A stretch of 64,000 nucleotides of DNA from Balanoglossus misakiensis (Eukaryota > Animalia > Hemichordata), in contig CM082596.2 of NCBI GenBank assembly GCA_040954595.2, positions 4,333,025 to 4,397,024 on the forward strand. The letters are read 5' to 3'. The notes under the pieces were generated by a model that worked only from the letters and a program-made list of their open reading frames with translations, was not told the DNA's origin and did not search any database. The position numbers and the translations under genes are program-made. Of this stretch, positions 40,398 to 55,035 are shown in pieces (within the stretch, counting starts at the first letter, position 1; the number at the start of each line of letters is the position of its first letter).

Positions 40398-43300
40398 CAG
40401 ATGATCGATTGACTTGATTTGATTTCACTGATTGATTGTAAGCTGGTTGGTAATTTTAACATGTCGGTGGATGGTGATTGGTGGTGTTGTGAGATTTCCA
40501 CTATAAACCCAAGTTTGTAATATTACATGCATGCTGACAGGAAAGGAATGACACAGACACATGATGTGGCTTTGAGGAAAGGAGAGCAACACATTTTTAT
40601 GCAACATGATCAAGAACATAATGGGATGGAAATGAATATCTCGCTAAAGATAAGACTTGCGTCGGAAATACTGACAATGACAATGACTTCTCAAACTCAT
40701 CTTGTATACTGTGATCCCTCGCACCTCACCTAAAACTAACACAGCAACTATGAACAACACACAATAATAATCGATAATGCTTATGTCAAAGCACTGGACA
40801 TAGAAATGGGAAAACACAAAAAAGAGAACAGAAAAGGCGAGAAAAAATAAAAAAGGTTTGATTATTAAAAGCCTTCTCCTGATTGGCTGTTAGCTGTAGA
40901 GGTGATGAATTAACCCTTTTTATGAGTGACAGATAAAAAAACACAATGCAACATGGAAGCTCTGATCGTCAATACAATGCTATTCCACACTACCTTCACA
41001 AATAAATTCCACCACTAGACTCCGTTTAAAAATTAGAAAATTTTTTCTTCTGATTACACAATTGTTTTTCCTGTCATGAATGTAGCACCCTTGTTTTCAA
41101 ATCGTTGTCAATCCAGTAGAGGTGATCAAAGTCATTTTACAGATAATTTTTTTTCTATGAAAAAAAAATCAAGGCGTGTTAACATAGAAATGATTTGAAA
41201 GCATACATGAATCACAAGAAACAAGTTATATTACATTGATGAGTTATGAAAGTGTGTCAAGGGTGAAATCCAATGGCCTCATCTGCCATCGTTACAAATA
41301 ATGGAAATTTGCTCAACTATGGATTAATAATGACATAACGATGCCATATGTGACTGAAATAAAACAAAACAAAACAAAACCCCTAGGCTAGCAAACACAA
41401 AGAAAATGGTAAATTCCACTAAAGCATGTCAGTACACTGAAAAGACCCCAGAGTATTAATATAGCTTTGATGATCGGAAGTAGTCTAGATGACAAAATCA
41501 TTCGGTGCAGTATCGCCACTTCCCCTTGATATGACGTTGCATATGTTCATTAAGTAGGAAGAAGAGCAAGCAAAAAAAGGCACGTGTTGTTTGACTGGAG
41601 ATACGAAAATGGTCGACAAGGCAGAGGCAATGTTACAGCAATAAGCAATGTTTACCATGCGTCGGTTAATTATGCAAGTTTTAAAACACTGTACAAACAG
41701 AAAAAGTCAACCCAATGCATCTGAGTGGAATTCTGGGAAGTGCACTGTGTGATGGGATACGTAAGAGGAAAGTCGATGTATAATACACGGAATGATGTCG
41801 CGGATACCCAGACTGCTTCTGAACAATCAGTTGCTTTACAATTGTGTTCAGAGAAAAGATGGAAGTTTGAAGTGAACAGTTTCTGAATTGTTATATGACA
41901 GCTCTAGTTAACTGAATGACATTTGATGGCTAGAAAGTAAAACCATGACTACAGAGGAAAGGTATGGATTAATCTTTCAAACCAGCATTACAATATTTCA
42001 TGTCATCAGAAGAAGGATGGGTAATAATCTGGTACATCGTCAGCAGAAAATTTATGCATTTTTTATGACATGTTTATATGCTTGCTGGTTTGTTTACTTA
42101 ATCCACACCTTGAAAGCAGGTATATAAGGATGGATGTCACCAACCAGTCATTGGGCCAGTGCATGATATGGCCTAGTGTCCATTCAGCTGTCTACGGTTA
42201 GCCACAGCCTAAGTCTCATGCTGCCATACCCATGTGTTATTAATAGCCACATACAACCAGACCTCAGAGAGTGCCCCTGACTTGGCAATAGGAGAAATGG
42301 CAGCTATTTTCATTTGACTGAAAAAATCCAATGGCTACACAAGGCAACCATGTTAGTACAGACAGACAATCAGAGGAGTACAAGGATGAGGTCTGGTTGT
42401 ACGTTTGGTTCAAAACTTAACAAAATAGTTTACATTAAAATTGAGTTGTATTAGATTTGCAGCTAGCTAGAAGGGTCTTCAATGTAAATGGATTTGTAAG
42501 CTTGTGCTTGAAACTCTAAAAACACAGATTTAGTGTGCATCCTGCAAGCCATGTAAAATCTACACACGGTGCCTTCTGTAACATCTTACAGTGGTTCAAA
42601 AATAATTCTACACTTATTTTTTTCACGACTGAAAAATATTGCATCTTGCGTAGATTTGACATGGACTTTAGGATTGCTGTCAAAAGGCATGGCTCACACT
42701 CATCGATCTTAGACTGAAAAGTCATCCATCTTGCAATGTAGAAATGAAAAGCAATGTAAAATAAAAAGTGTGTATCTGGGAGCTGAGAGCAAGCTAGTCC
42801 ATGGTACAACATTCTCTCTCACAGGTATATAATATATAGCTATATATAATACTGGGGCCATAAGCGATAAACACAAACCATATACTCTCTATATCAAGGT
42901 CCAACTTGAGGAGATAAAAATCTCCTAAAACAAAAAAAAATCATGTTATGTGGCTTGACATGACTTGTTAATTCTTGGAGTGATGATTAGCAGTTTGAAA
43001 ACAAACAAACAAACACTGAAGTATGTACTAAATGTTAAACATGACTGATCAGATTGCATGATATCTCTAATGGACATTATGACATGGAACAAGTAATTAC
43101 AATTAATATCAAATTAATTTTTCCAACACAAAATTAAATTGTTTTTCTGATAATATAAATAATATTCTTATTTCAAATCTTTGGTTCTGTGTTTTTTTTG
43201 TTTTTGTATTTTTTTATATTTTGTAGAGAAAATCTGCATTTTGGCTAGTTTCATTTTGGATATTGTCATATCATAGACAATTAAAACAATATATTTTGCA

Positions 43301-44204
43301 ATGACAGTAAATAGTTAAGGTGGGTGATCAAATAAATTTCAGGAAGATATTTTTTGGAAATTTTGTCACACAAAGGAGTTCTTTTTTCTCTATCTATCTC
43401 TACTATCGATGTATTTTTCTAATGCTATGTTTTCTCTCTGATTAACTAGTGATTACAAGCTATATTGACTTGTCTAGTAAACGAGCAATACTGATTTTTG
43501 CTCCATCGCTTCGTCATGGAAACTCTAGTTTACACACACCGTATAAACAAGTTGTCTGGAAATTAATATATATATATATTCATATATAATGCTGTGCCAA
43601 TTGCAAAGAAATTAAAACAAGTAACCGTTTCAGTTTCCACGTGTACAGACTGATTTTGTCTGTAAGTCTTCAAAACTATGTTTTCACAGTACTTGTAGCT
43701 CAGTATTGTCCCCAGTACTATTAACTCTATTGCCAACTTCATCATCACTGATGCTAATACTTCCCCATCCCCCCAAAACATTTTCCAACATAATCAAAAT
43801 ACTCACCTGTGAAATCTCTGCCAATCCTTCATGTACAAATGTTTGGAATTAATTTACAAAAATGATCTCACATCAGTGATCAACATGGAAGATCTTTGGA
43901 ACACATTTAGACAATGTTTAACAATCACAAGGTTATACAAGTAATATAACACTCATGTACAGAAAATTCAGAACAAATCACCCCCTCGTACGCACATCCC
44001 TTCCCTCTAATCAGGATTAATCACAACACCCATCCATTCGCCCCCAAATCATATTGACCCTACTCCTTTCCCCCCTCAAATAAACTTTCTCCATACCGCT
44101 CTCTGATCTGAGCAGACATCCTCATAATTGGCCCATCTCCCTAACCCCACCCCTCTAATTTTGCCACCCCCCCCCCCCAAATTTGGCCAACCTCCCCTCC
44201 CCCT

Positions 44205-47200
44205 TTAATTTGTACCCTTCAATGCCCTATTCTGTTCTTCCTGTGTCACCCTTTGTGTGATCAGGTAATGAGCTGTTTGAGTTGCGAGTGGATTACCTGT
44301 AATGGTTACTTTTCTATTGCGTGTTCCCGGCACATACTCCCCCTTCTTGGAAATCTGTATCCTAGCCCCACTACACTGCTGGAACTCCACCAGCGTTTTC
44401 CCACCCTTGCCAAGTATGGCACCCACCAACGTCTCTGGAACCTCGATCTCCATGGAGGAATCCTTGCTACCATCTTTCGGTGTCTCTGTCCCTGAGCCAA
44501 ACGAGGCGAGGCTGCCCAGACCGCCGAACGAACTCAGAGACCCAAAGGGAATCGCCCCCTCGCTGGTGAGACCGAATCCGGCCGCACCGTTGACCGCCGC
44601 CCCCTCAGCGTACGCCGCAGAGCCGTTGCGCAGCGTGGGCGACGTCCCGTTGGCGGCAGCTGCAGCGGCCGCCGCAGCCTGATAGGAGCCGAGTAGACTT
44701 GATGGAAGCGCAGCCGTGCTGGCTGAGGGTGTGGCCGAGCCGATGCTACTGAGTATGGGACTGGTGCTGCCAGTGCCTGCATAGCTACTCACACCCGGGT
44801 GGGGGACGTTATAACCGTAACTGGCCAAGGTATTCATGGCCGCGCTGATGGCGGCCACGTCGGTGCCCGAATAAGTCGACGTGGGCACCCTCGCCGCCGA
44901 GCCCGCCAAACCCAACCCTAAACCTAACCCCATGGAGGGCATTGACGCACCAGTTCCTGTTGCTAATGCTATCTGTGGCTTGACACCCCCAAGAGCTGCC
45001 TCGGCAAAAGGTGAACCTGTGGGACTGGCGTTGGCCACTGGGCCCGTAATGGTAGCATAGCTTATATTATTACAGCTCCCACTTTGCGGATCTTCCTGAA
45101 CTTTACCAATGATTAAAGACAGTGCGTTCTTAGATTGTTCCAGCTCTCCGCTGATGGTCAGGACACGCTCCGACAGATTGACGCCGTCCGATTTCTGTGA
45201 AATCTGTAGCTTGGCTCCCGACTGCTCCATAAATGTTTTGATAGTTGCCCCTCCTTTTCCAATGATAAGACCAGCTGTGCTATTTGGAATTATCATCTTC
45301 ACCTGTAAGACGAATCAGAGAGAAAGAAAGTCGTCAGTTGATGATTGCAGACTGATGTGGCTGACTTGGCTCACGTTAAACATCATTCTGTTTTTGGTAT
45401 GCAAACAGCTATAACATGCAACTCTTTTACTCCTGTTTGTATATTGCAAATACAGGAATGCAAAATTTGTTTGTCGATGACGAAAGCATAAATAAGAAGA
45501 CAGGATGAGTAATAAGACTCCCCTTAATGGCTGCAACTATGCTGCACATAAAATTTATGATTTTTCTATAAAATGTTGGGTCAGCTGAAAGGCCAATAGG
45601 TTATAGCAATCTGTTTCACTTTTCTGTCTTGTTATGATTTATGGCTGTACTAAGTTCACTGATCAAACAGGGAAAATCTCACAGCAGTGACAGACATTCC
45701 CTCCGGCCAAAAACAATGTAATACCGTGTCTTTTCCAAAATCGATGATTCATCATCTCTAAAGACCATAAATAAAGGAACCGTTTGTATTCAAATTTTTT
45801 TCAGAATTCTGAATGAAATATGTCGGACAACCTAACAGTAACAATGTACCTTAATGAGATGCAAAAAAAGTATGGACTGAAAAAATGGAAGTGGCACATA
45901 AATCATGCCTTTACAACCTACTTGCCAGGCCGCACGCTGTTAACAGAAGATATATTGCTTCATTATGAAGGCAGTGGACGGCCAAGTCAAGTGATGTATG
46001 TTTGTAACAGGCAGCTTTGAAAAGGCAATAACCAACCACCACAAATCCTGTGCAATTTAAAGTCTTTAAATCCTGCTGGTCGAAACCTTGCAATGCAGGT
46101 CTCTCAGGCAAAACAATACTCTGGCAGACTAGTTAGTGACCGGTAATAGTCTGGATTCTAACCTGTGTTTCTGATCTCCCTGAACCCCGACAAACCCACA
46201 TGGAATTTTTTAAATTATTTTACCTGCCTGGGTACATTTCACTGATCTTTAGCATAATTAAGAACATCGATTAGATTTGATTTATTCAATGGGTAACAAC
46301 GCCCTAGATAAGCATCAGCTCAAGCATGTATATGTAAATTTGTATATTGTTTTCGCTGTTTCGAAATTCATCTATTCCATAACCCTTGACACACATCGGA
46401 TGATCATCCTTGTTGGCACAATATCAAGTGCCAGTCTAGTGTGATTTATTGAAACTACATGTAAACCAATAAAATGCTGAGTGTAGCAAAATAAACAGAA
46501 GTTGTTTGTCACAAAAACAATGACAATATCCCCCCTCCAAGAATCAAAGTGAGATAAACCACTTTAAAACCTATACCCATCTTATTGACACAGTAAGCAA
46601 TCACCATAGAACAACACGGCCAATGATCCTATGCCAACAGAATATAACTTAGCAAATTTGCTTCACTACATAGAAGTGGAGACCCAGCAACATTCAGATG
46701 ATTTGGAATTCTATAAATAGGCCACACTGAAGTCTATATTACATTTTTTTACTGTTTCCCTAGTTTCATTTCCAAATGCTCTCACAGTCACATTAGGCAA
46801 CGCATTAAATAAAAAAGAGGTCTTGATGGTTGTTAGGTTTCAGTTCCTCTGTTACATCCTGTCATTGCTTCTCTGTTTGAACAGACATGGTTTCAGTCTC
46901 TCATAAAAGTAGTTTCTAGGTGTATGCTCAAACATTGGAAGTTTTATGCAAATCAAAGTTATGCAAATTTGGAGTAATGTTCGTACATACAAAATTACGC
47001 ACCTGCGCATGAAATGATCGTCGGCCTTCAATGTGAACAAACTGAGTACTCACTTGTCGTGCTCGTTCTTGACTCACTGCCGTTTCATTTCCAGATTTGG
47101 CCGCTAGCTGTGGTGAATCTCGAACTTTCTCCACGACGAACATCCCCACCGAACTCAAAGCTTCCACTGTACCCGTAATCAACACTATTCTTTCTGTTGT

Positions 47201-50200
47201 GCCTGGGGAAACAGCAAAATAAACGCATATGTCATTATGAGAAGTAAATTTAATTAGTACGTTAATTAACACACCATTTAGTAATTATACACACTCTGTA
47301 TAGTATAGATACAGCATTACAACTGCTACATGTATATCAGTAGTCTAGAATCCAGACTAAGGTGTTTTTTCACTATGCTCCACACTTAGCAAAAAAACAC
47401 GAGTCTGGATTTTAGACTAGTAGGTCAATAGTTACTGTCAAGTTGGAATCTATTAGGTACAGCTGCTAAATTTGTGAATCAACACAGGTCTGTCTGTTCC
47501 CATCATCACCAACATGTTGAAATGCGTATGTTTAGCCAGACCATTCATGTATTTACATAGCCTTATTTAAGCTAGTAAAAAATACAAGCATAAAATTCCA
47601 AAGGTCTGTAGGTTAAACACTTGACTACCATGGCATTTCTGTGACCTCTGACCTAACAAGATGATTGGTCCTGACTCCACTGTGGTGCACGATTCATATT
47701 AAACAGTCTTTTATTTGCAGATGTTCATTTCATGTGCAGTTTATGTTTCAAGCCACAGATTCAGGTACTACAGCAAGCCAATGGAAGAGGCCACGTGGGG
47801 GGAAATACATTATGCATACACGACCATGTCATGAAGCAACAAAGACAATCTCACTACGGGATCAATTATCAGTAATGTGTCCTTGGACATGTATAGTCTT
47901 CAGTGAAACCATCTGAACATCATGATTCTATTAGCGTTGATCTGGTTCAATCTCAGCTTGGGGCAAGACATATGGTATGCTTGTAGATTAATCATGCCTC
48001 AATGATGTACAGACATGGAGACACCCATAACACACCATCAAATTAACTTTGGACATTCAATGTTTCATCATCTGGACGGGGCTCCTTTGAGGTTTGTTGG
48101 GATCCCCTAGGGATTTGTCAAGGGGCGAACAGTTCCCTTTAAAATGATGTCACTCACATGTTCGAGATGTTACATTCCCCCTTGCCAGAGTGGGCCATCC
48201 ATGATGAAACCCTGATAGTTGAATAAGAGGTACTTTTTGCATGTTATGTTTTGAGCATTTTCAATGAGCTCCCCTTTCAGGTGGGTATTGGGACCAGTGA
48301 CCAGCCATTATCTTCATTACTGAATGACCAATTCATTTACTTGTCAAGTTGACTGAACACTACATAAGACTGTACAACCATACAGTTTTTTTGTCACTGG
48401 TTTGGAATTCAAAGCTAGACTGTGTTTTTGGACATACAGACACATAAAATGAGAAAGGCTGGGTATGGGACACTACCTATACTGTAAACTAGTTAGCCAG
48501 AAAACGTAGAAGCTGACAGGTCTTATATAGTAAAACACTTTACTGAGGCTTTGTGGATCATACATACAGACTGTGGACAACATATGTTTACAAGGTGGTC
48601 CAAGCCAAACGACTCCATGAAAACAATTATGAAGTCATGTAACGAATACAAATAGTAGGGTTCCCCGAGGGCAAACCACAGACCATTGCACTCCATCCAT
48701 TTCTGAGTCTAGAATAACAACATTCATTTCATGCTATGGTTTTTAAGTATACCATAATGAACTGGAATGCCTGGCACTCTGATCCATAGTGGCACATGTA
48801 TTTACATTTACATGTATCACAGTAAATGCAATACTGTTTTGCAATGCAAGCATGATCATCAGCTATGAACCTTTGGTTATAATCCAGCAAGGTTTGTGCA
48901 GGCCTCGTTTGGCATGTCAGGAAACAACCTTAACAAGACGACATCTGCCAAATACAGATGTAAACATGTTTGCCGTGTGTATGTATCGCTAGGCGTCATA
49001 TCGGCCTACAAGCAAGTATACATGTAGCAACACTGAGTCGACTACATGTACCAGATTTACATCGAAGTGGACATCCAAAAGATAACGTTTATATTAAACA
49101 TCACCCCAGCTGTGTGACACTGTGCAAGGCATTTGGTTGCCATAGAATGGCTGGTGTCATATCCAACGAATGCCAATTGGGAATGTTGCTTAATGAAGTC
49201 CTGTGGAGACGGGTCACACTGGGGTCACAGTTTTACTCACAGGGCTTCTCCCAGTTTACATGGAGTGTGGTGTATTATTTCAGTGATGATAACATAAAGT
49301 TTGATCTCAATACATATATCATTTTTTTTTTCTGACAGAGGATATTGATAGATGTTGACTAATATACTGGGTCAGTATGTTGAGCGCAAATGCCGGGTAT
49401 TGTCCATATCATGCCTGGTTGAGTCTGACAATCTATATCTGTAGACACGTTTCTTGTTACTGAGTTTTATATCCACAAGTAACAATTTTATCCTTGTATG
49501 TATGAGGCACAGTGTAGTCTACTTATACAGTGTGCATGAAATATGGAAGAAGGCGAAGGCAGTCCACTATTTGAATGCGTCTAACACAAAATTTGCAGAA
49601 CATTTGAATTGGATCCGATGCAACCAAATTATGCACATGTGCATACGACGACTGTTTGCTTTTAATGAGGGCATTCTGCTGTTTAAATATAATAATGAGT
49701 TACATGCCCCTCTCTCTTGTCTACATGTGTCTGTGTGCATGTCTGTGCATGTGGGCTGATGCCTCGAGACTCAAAGATTGCACACCAGACAAAAAGGATG
49801 TTCCCTCGAGGGTTCAGATAATCAATGTTTTACTCTGTTTAATTCAACAGCAAATCTGTCCGACAAGCAGATTCAAAAGAAGCGGAATTTGTACAGATGG
49901 CAGACAGCAGATTGAGAAATACAATCCGAGCCATCCGATGATCAGCTCTTCATCAATGTCACGGATGTTGAGAGAAAAAATGTAAACAGAGGTTTAAAAT
50001 GGGCAGACAAATCATTCCAGTTTGTCAGACTGGTCTTTCCAATTTCTCAACAAATCCCGGGAGAGCTCAACCAGCATTGAATCAATCAATCATCAATTAC
50101 AGTACGGCGCACATAACTGTGTTTATCGTAATAAAGAGCAAAAGGTACATGTCGTTTGAATATTTGCCAGGAGACAAACTTGACTGCAACGCCCGTATCT

Positions 50201-53200
50201 TCGCAAAATGTTGGATCTTAAAATCCGAGGTGAAGGTGGAAGTGTGCCTGACACAGATTTCAATCTTGACACAACCCATCTGTCAAGACAAGCACGTCAG
50301 ATCCTATGCTTACTTAGTGTACACACTCGCAATGTATTTTGCACCATGACTCATCCTACAGCCAGCTTAGCTCCAGGAACTGAGGCATTAGGCAACTCAA
50401 ACTGCATATTTCACCTTCTTTAATAATTAATGACAATTTATCGTCCCTTGAAGGCTGAGGTAAGCAAAGACTGAAGATGATTTATGGAGCCAATTATTTC
50501 TAATGTATTACAGCTCAGATATAGCTGGCCACTTTAAACAGCATCCAGAAACTCATTAACATCTGTGCCTGCGTTACTGGTGAAAAAAAACCCACATGAA
50601 TTACTACTGTGTGTTCCAGTATCCCCTAAATTTCACTCTTTATTTGACCTCCATATACACGGAGCCAAACACAAGCCAGTTTTCAATTGTTTTAAAGTGG
50701 ATGGATAGACGGACATACATACATACATGCATACACACACCCAGGCAGGCAGACAGGCAGTCATGCATACTAGTACCTGTGTGTGTGTGTGCGTATACAT
50801 ACATACGGTACATACATATAAAGACTTTCCAGCTCATATACCTACAGCTTCTACATGTGATGCTAAATATATGCTTCCAGAAGCCACATGGACATAGCGC
50901 GATGTGTATACTTAATTTCTAAAAGAGAACATGCTGAACTTGTTCCAACTTACCTGGGTAATAATCATTTGATTTGGAGAGTTTGATATTAGCACCTGTT
51001 TCCCTCTGTAATTGAACTACAGTCTGTCCGCCTTTGCCGATAACTGAACCAGCTGCTGCACTGGGTATTAACATCTTTAATACATATTTATTGTCATCAT
51101 TACCTGCAAATAGGACACAGAACTCAATCAGGCATGGGACACTCAGGAAAGCACATGTATACATGTAATATCCTGAAGTCAAACTAACCATACACACAGA
51201 AGGAAAACTGCAACTTGTCGACTATAGAGTATTGTCATTCAATGATTGAAAAACCTTTGCAAGCTATTGTGGTAATGCTATAAAATGGAAGCTCAGCACA
51301 AAACGTACAATTTGTTTCTAATGCAATACAAAGCCTTCATAGAAAATTTACAAGATTGACTAGAACCACCTATACGAGGGCTAGCTTGTATGAGGACTAA
51401 ATTTCACAGATTTGTTCATATAAATGTGATATATGACCTATGAACTTTGAAATATGGATAGGGATGATAACGACTAGTTTTTCAAAGCCATGACGCGTCT
51501 GATTTGGTTTATACAAAATGTGTACAATTACACAATTCATTTGGTTGCATTAGAGGTCAATGTGTCAAGCTACAGCCATTTCAATATATTAGATATCTTG
51601 GTGTTACCTGATACTGTCAACAGAAAGCTGACCAACTACCACAGCAGAACTGAAACCTTATCTTTCTGAACATTTTGTCAACGCAAACAACCCACCGTCA
51701 ATTTTAATTCTATTTGGCTTTCTGTTTTCAAAATGATTAGCAATCGAGATACAGCACCCAGGATGAATAAAGTCAATGATTGGATTTCTTTGACAACATC
51801 ATAAGATTTAGAAAACTATAATAAGGTGAACCCAAATCCAAAAGTTACATAAAATCTGACATCAGGAATAGATATGTCAACAGGGCATGGGAAAACATGC
51901 GTCACTGTAGGGAAGTGAAATACTCTCACTAGAATGGTTCTGGGTAGAGTTTCATTCAAGGGAAACTCTGACATGTCTGCCTAGGAAGTGGCATATACCA
52001 TGACAAATTAGAATTACTTTAGGTCTCTTTAAGTATTTTTATGTTGACTATGTATTCAGCTATGACCTATGAGATTCCATCAATTTTGCAAGGTCACTCT
52101 GCAACTTACATAAACTTACAACTAACATATTTTTAAACAGGTGTAAACTAATTTGACATTCACAAGTTGAAACTTTAATTTAACAGAAGTATTCGTGAAA
52201 TGTGACATTATTGACAAATTTGTATGAAGCTATGTTTTGCAATTACATGATGACGCTCATTAACACTCTTTACTGTAGCTTGTAAGTATGGTCACAATTT
52301 GTCCAGGACTATAACATGAAAGCACCCTCAACTATTATAAACATTTCTATTTTAATTTCATGAGGCCATCATTAAACAGTTAGGCATCAGGTATAGAAAT
52401 ATATTTCAATAGAGCAGCAGAAAACATGGGTACATACAAACATATCCCCTCCCCTCTCTGCTGATGCCAACCTGGACACTGCCCTCCCCCTCCCTGAGTG
52501 GAGGGTGGTTACTTGCTATGTGTCCACACATACATTTGAGCGGGCATTCAATTGTAATGCAAAGCACACCCCTATACTTGTCCATGTAAGAGCTTTCTGT
52601 TCAGTTTAGGCACAGATAAGGACTATCAATGTTGTCAGAAATAGCGCCAGCTCACAGTCAGGCGATATCTTCAAATTTAAACCTCAGCGATGGCTATTTT
52701 AGTCATGACCATGTTTTCTGGATAAATTGTGAGTGAGTGTGTGAACAAGATTAGTGCATGATCTATGCTATCATATTACAGCATCCTGGAGGCTGAATAA
52801 TTCTTGTCACACAATCTCTCCAGGAAACTGGGTCAATAGTACTATTCATATCAGAAAATTTAAACAAACCCTAAAAGGTGTAGCCTTTAATTCAACTTGA
52901 AATAACTCATCTTCCATGTTTATGAAGGGAACTAGTCAAGGAGACTTGTACATAGGCTCATACAGGTTAGTGTATTGTATCATGTGTTTATAGCATATTC
53001 CTTTGAGACCAAATAACCTTCACTGTTCTAGCCCGATAGTTACCTTATCAACAAAGGTATTCTCAATACATGCATGGACACACATGATGAAGCTCATTGC
53101 AAAAGAATGACCTGACTGAAGTTAGAAATTTATAAACCTGAACAACACTAAGGTGATTTGAAAATTCTTGTGTAATAAAACATTTCTCAAAGTGCAGAAA

Positions 53201-54724
53201 AATTCAAATGAACACCAAAGTAAACAAACCTGCTCACAATAAATTATTAAAATAGTAATTAAATCAACACTGGTCAATATTTTCCAGAGGAGTTGATGCA
53301 GAACAAGTCTTCCCTTGTATCTGGTCGCTATTTAGTTACAAATTGATTGTAACCTCTGTACATAATTAATCTACCTGGCATGCATGGTCGCCAAGGTGTG
53401 ATTTATTAGTCTGTAAATAATTACCAGTCTTCTAATACTGGGACATGTAGGCAAACATTGCTTTATTCTGTGCTAGGTACCCAATGTTTGTTTAGTAACT
53501 CATTGCTTATTTGAGAGCCAACGAGTTAATCATTGCCATTGTGTTTGTTTTCTGTGGTTGTAGAAAAAGACATGTTATCTCCAAAAATTTGAGGGCACAA
53601 ATGAACGAATTCAGTAAAATATATGTACAAACTATTCTCTAGTCTTCAAGAGTAAGAACTTTAGAAGTCAGAATAACTTGCATGTGAACATACTAACAGC
53701 GGGCTCTACCCCTTAACGTTTGAAATTGTGGTGAGATTGTCTCGGTTTGAATCCATAATAAGCCATGACGAACTGAATTAGTGTAAAAATGGGTCTGAAC
53801 ACCTCTCCTGGTAATCTTCAATTCATTCTCAATGTGCGCACTCGCTAAGAAAACGTTGGCATTCAGAATGCATCATGCACCATTTGTCTGTGTCATCGAT
53901 CTCTTTACACATGTGCTAATGGTTCGATTCTCCTGTACCAAAACACAGTATGTAATGAGATTACACAGGACAGCCCTATCTAACGCCACACCAAATCTCC
54001 CTTTTAAATTCACGGTAGTAATACTTCGTTGCCCAACGAAACATACATACGACATCCATTCTTGAAATGGACATCATAAAAGGGGCCATGTGGGTTTGTC
54101 GACATACGTTTTACATTTATAATTCCTGCTGAACTACGCAATTTCGAGCAAATGTTACGTAAACAAGAGTGCAACAAGTGATTGGAGAAACGTTCTACTA
54201 AGCCTGTTGCTTCCCCAGGCCAGGACATAACGAGATTACACCAAGCAATCGAACTTCGAAGCATTGGTTAGGGATTGGGCTTGGTTTGATCATTAATTAA
54301 TTTCAGTTGATCACCTAGCGACATCCCGGGGAAAAAAGATGCGTTGGCCCACCAATACTTGATGCAATGAAAATTAATTAAAATCACAGAATCTATTCGT
54401 TCGACGTGAAACCATAAACCACAATCCAGCGCTATTCGCGTTTCTGTTACTTAATCCATGCTACAAATGTGTTGACTGTTCGAGCAAAGTGTGTCCACCC
54501 CTTTTCAGCAATATTTTACTTCCGTGCCAGGCAGAGGGGTGGTCGCTGCCGCACTGCTGCATTTAACCAGGATGGCGAAACAGCCCCGAAATATACTCAC
54601 CTCCAATGTTCGACCGTTTCGACATCCCAGTCTCGCCATCTCCTTCCAGTGGTCTCTTCCTGGAGTCCGTGACGTCCAAATCGACGGCGAGCTGTTCGTG
54701 CTCAGATGCGAACTCTGTCGCCAT
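44205..54724 (-). CDS. NOVA: Nova RNA-binding protein / neuronal splicing regulator (3 KH domains); exons 54601-54724, 50954-51103, 47054-47202, 44205-45302
   Basis: N-terminal SRKRPLE..SKRSN NLS; KH1 [35 protein letters not shown]; KH2 [18 protein letters not shown]; [11 protein letters not shown]; Gly/Ala-rich linker; KH3 [54 protein letters not shown] junctions are in frame. Confidence 0.96.
47341..47419. mobile_element. Short palindromic MITE with TAGTCTAGAATCCAGAC terminal inverted repeats
   Basis: TAGTCTAGAATCCAGAC...GTCTGGATTTTAGACTA. Related copies or ends at about 35628-35712, 36306-36321, 37337-37387 and ~46147-46160. Confidence 0.65.
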
Positions 54725-54899
54725 CTTGAGAAGATTTGATTTGACCGTCGTACACTCACAGATAGAGCTAGAGAGCACCACACACGGTGCACACGAGCAC
54801 AACTGCGTTCCTGACAATGAGTCCACAAATAATGGGACGATATCCACGTCTCTTCCACACACAGCTAGTTACCCTGCTTTTTATTCAGACACGCTGAAA

Positions 54900-55035
54900 A
54901 GCCAATGACATCCACTCTTTGTGTATTGAATGCAAGTCGAGAATGCACACAATAACGCTACTTTCCATTCAGTGTCCGTGTAGAGGGGCGGAAGGTTACA
55001 CAATTGACACAAAGGAGTAGTGATGTGTCACGTGA
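54900..55035. promoter_or_regulatory. Putative Nova proximal promoter elements
   Basis: CCAAT at ~54902, GC box GGGGCGG at ~54984 and E-box GTCACGTGA at 55027-55035, within a locally CpG-richer region upstream of exon 1. Confidence 0.4.

Noticed and set aside
51104-54600. Alternative first exon for Nova in intron 1
   Set aside because: The candidate donor near 53042 has no ATG in the phase-1 frame needed to join exon 2, and I found no other supportable candidate by eye.
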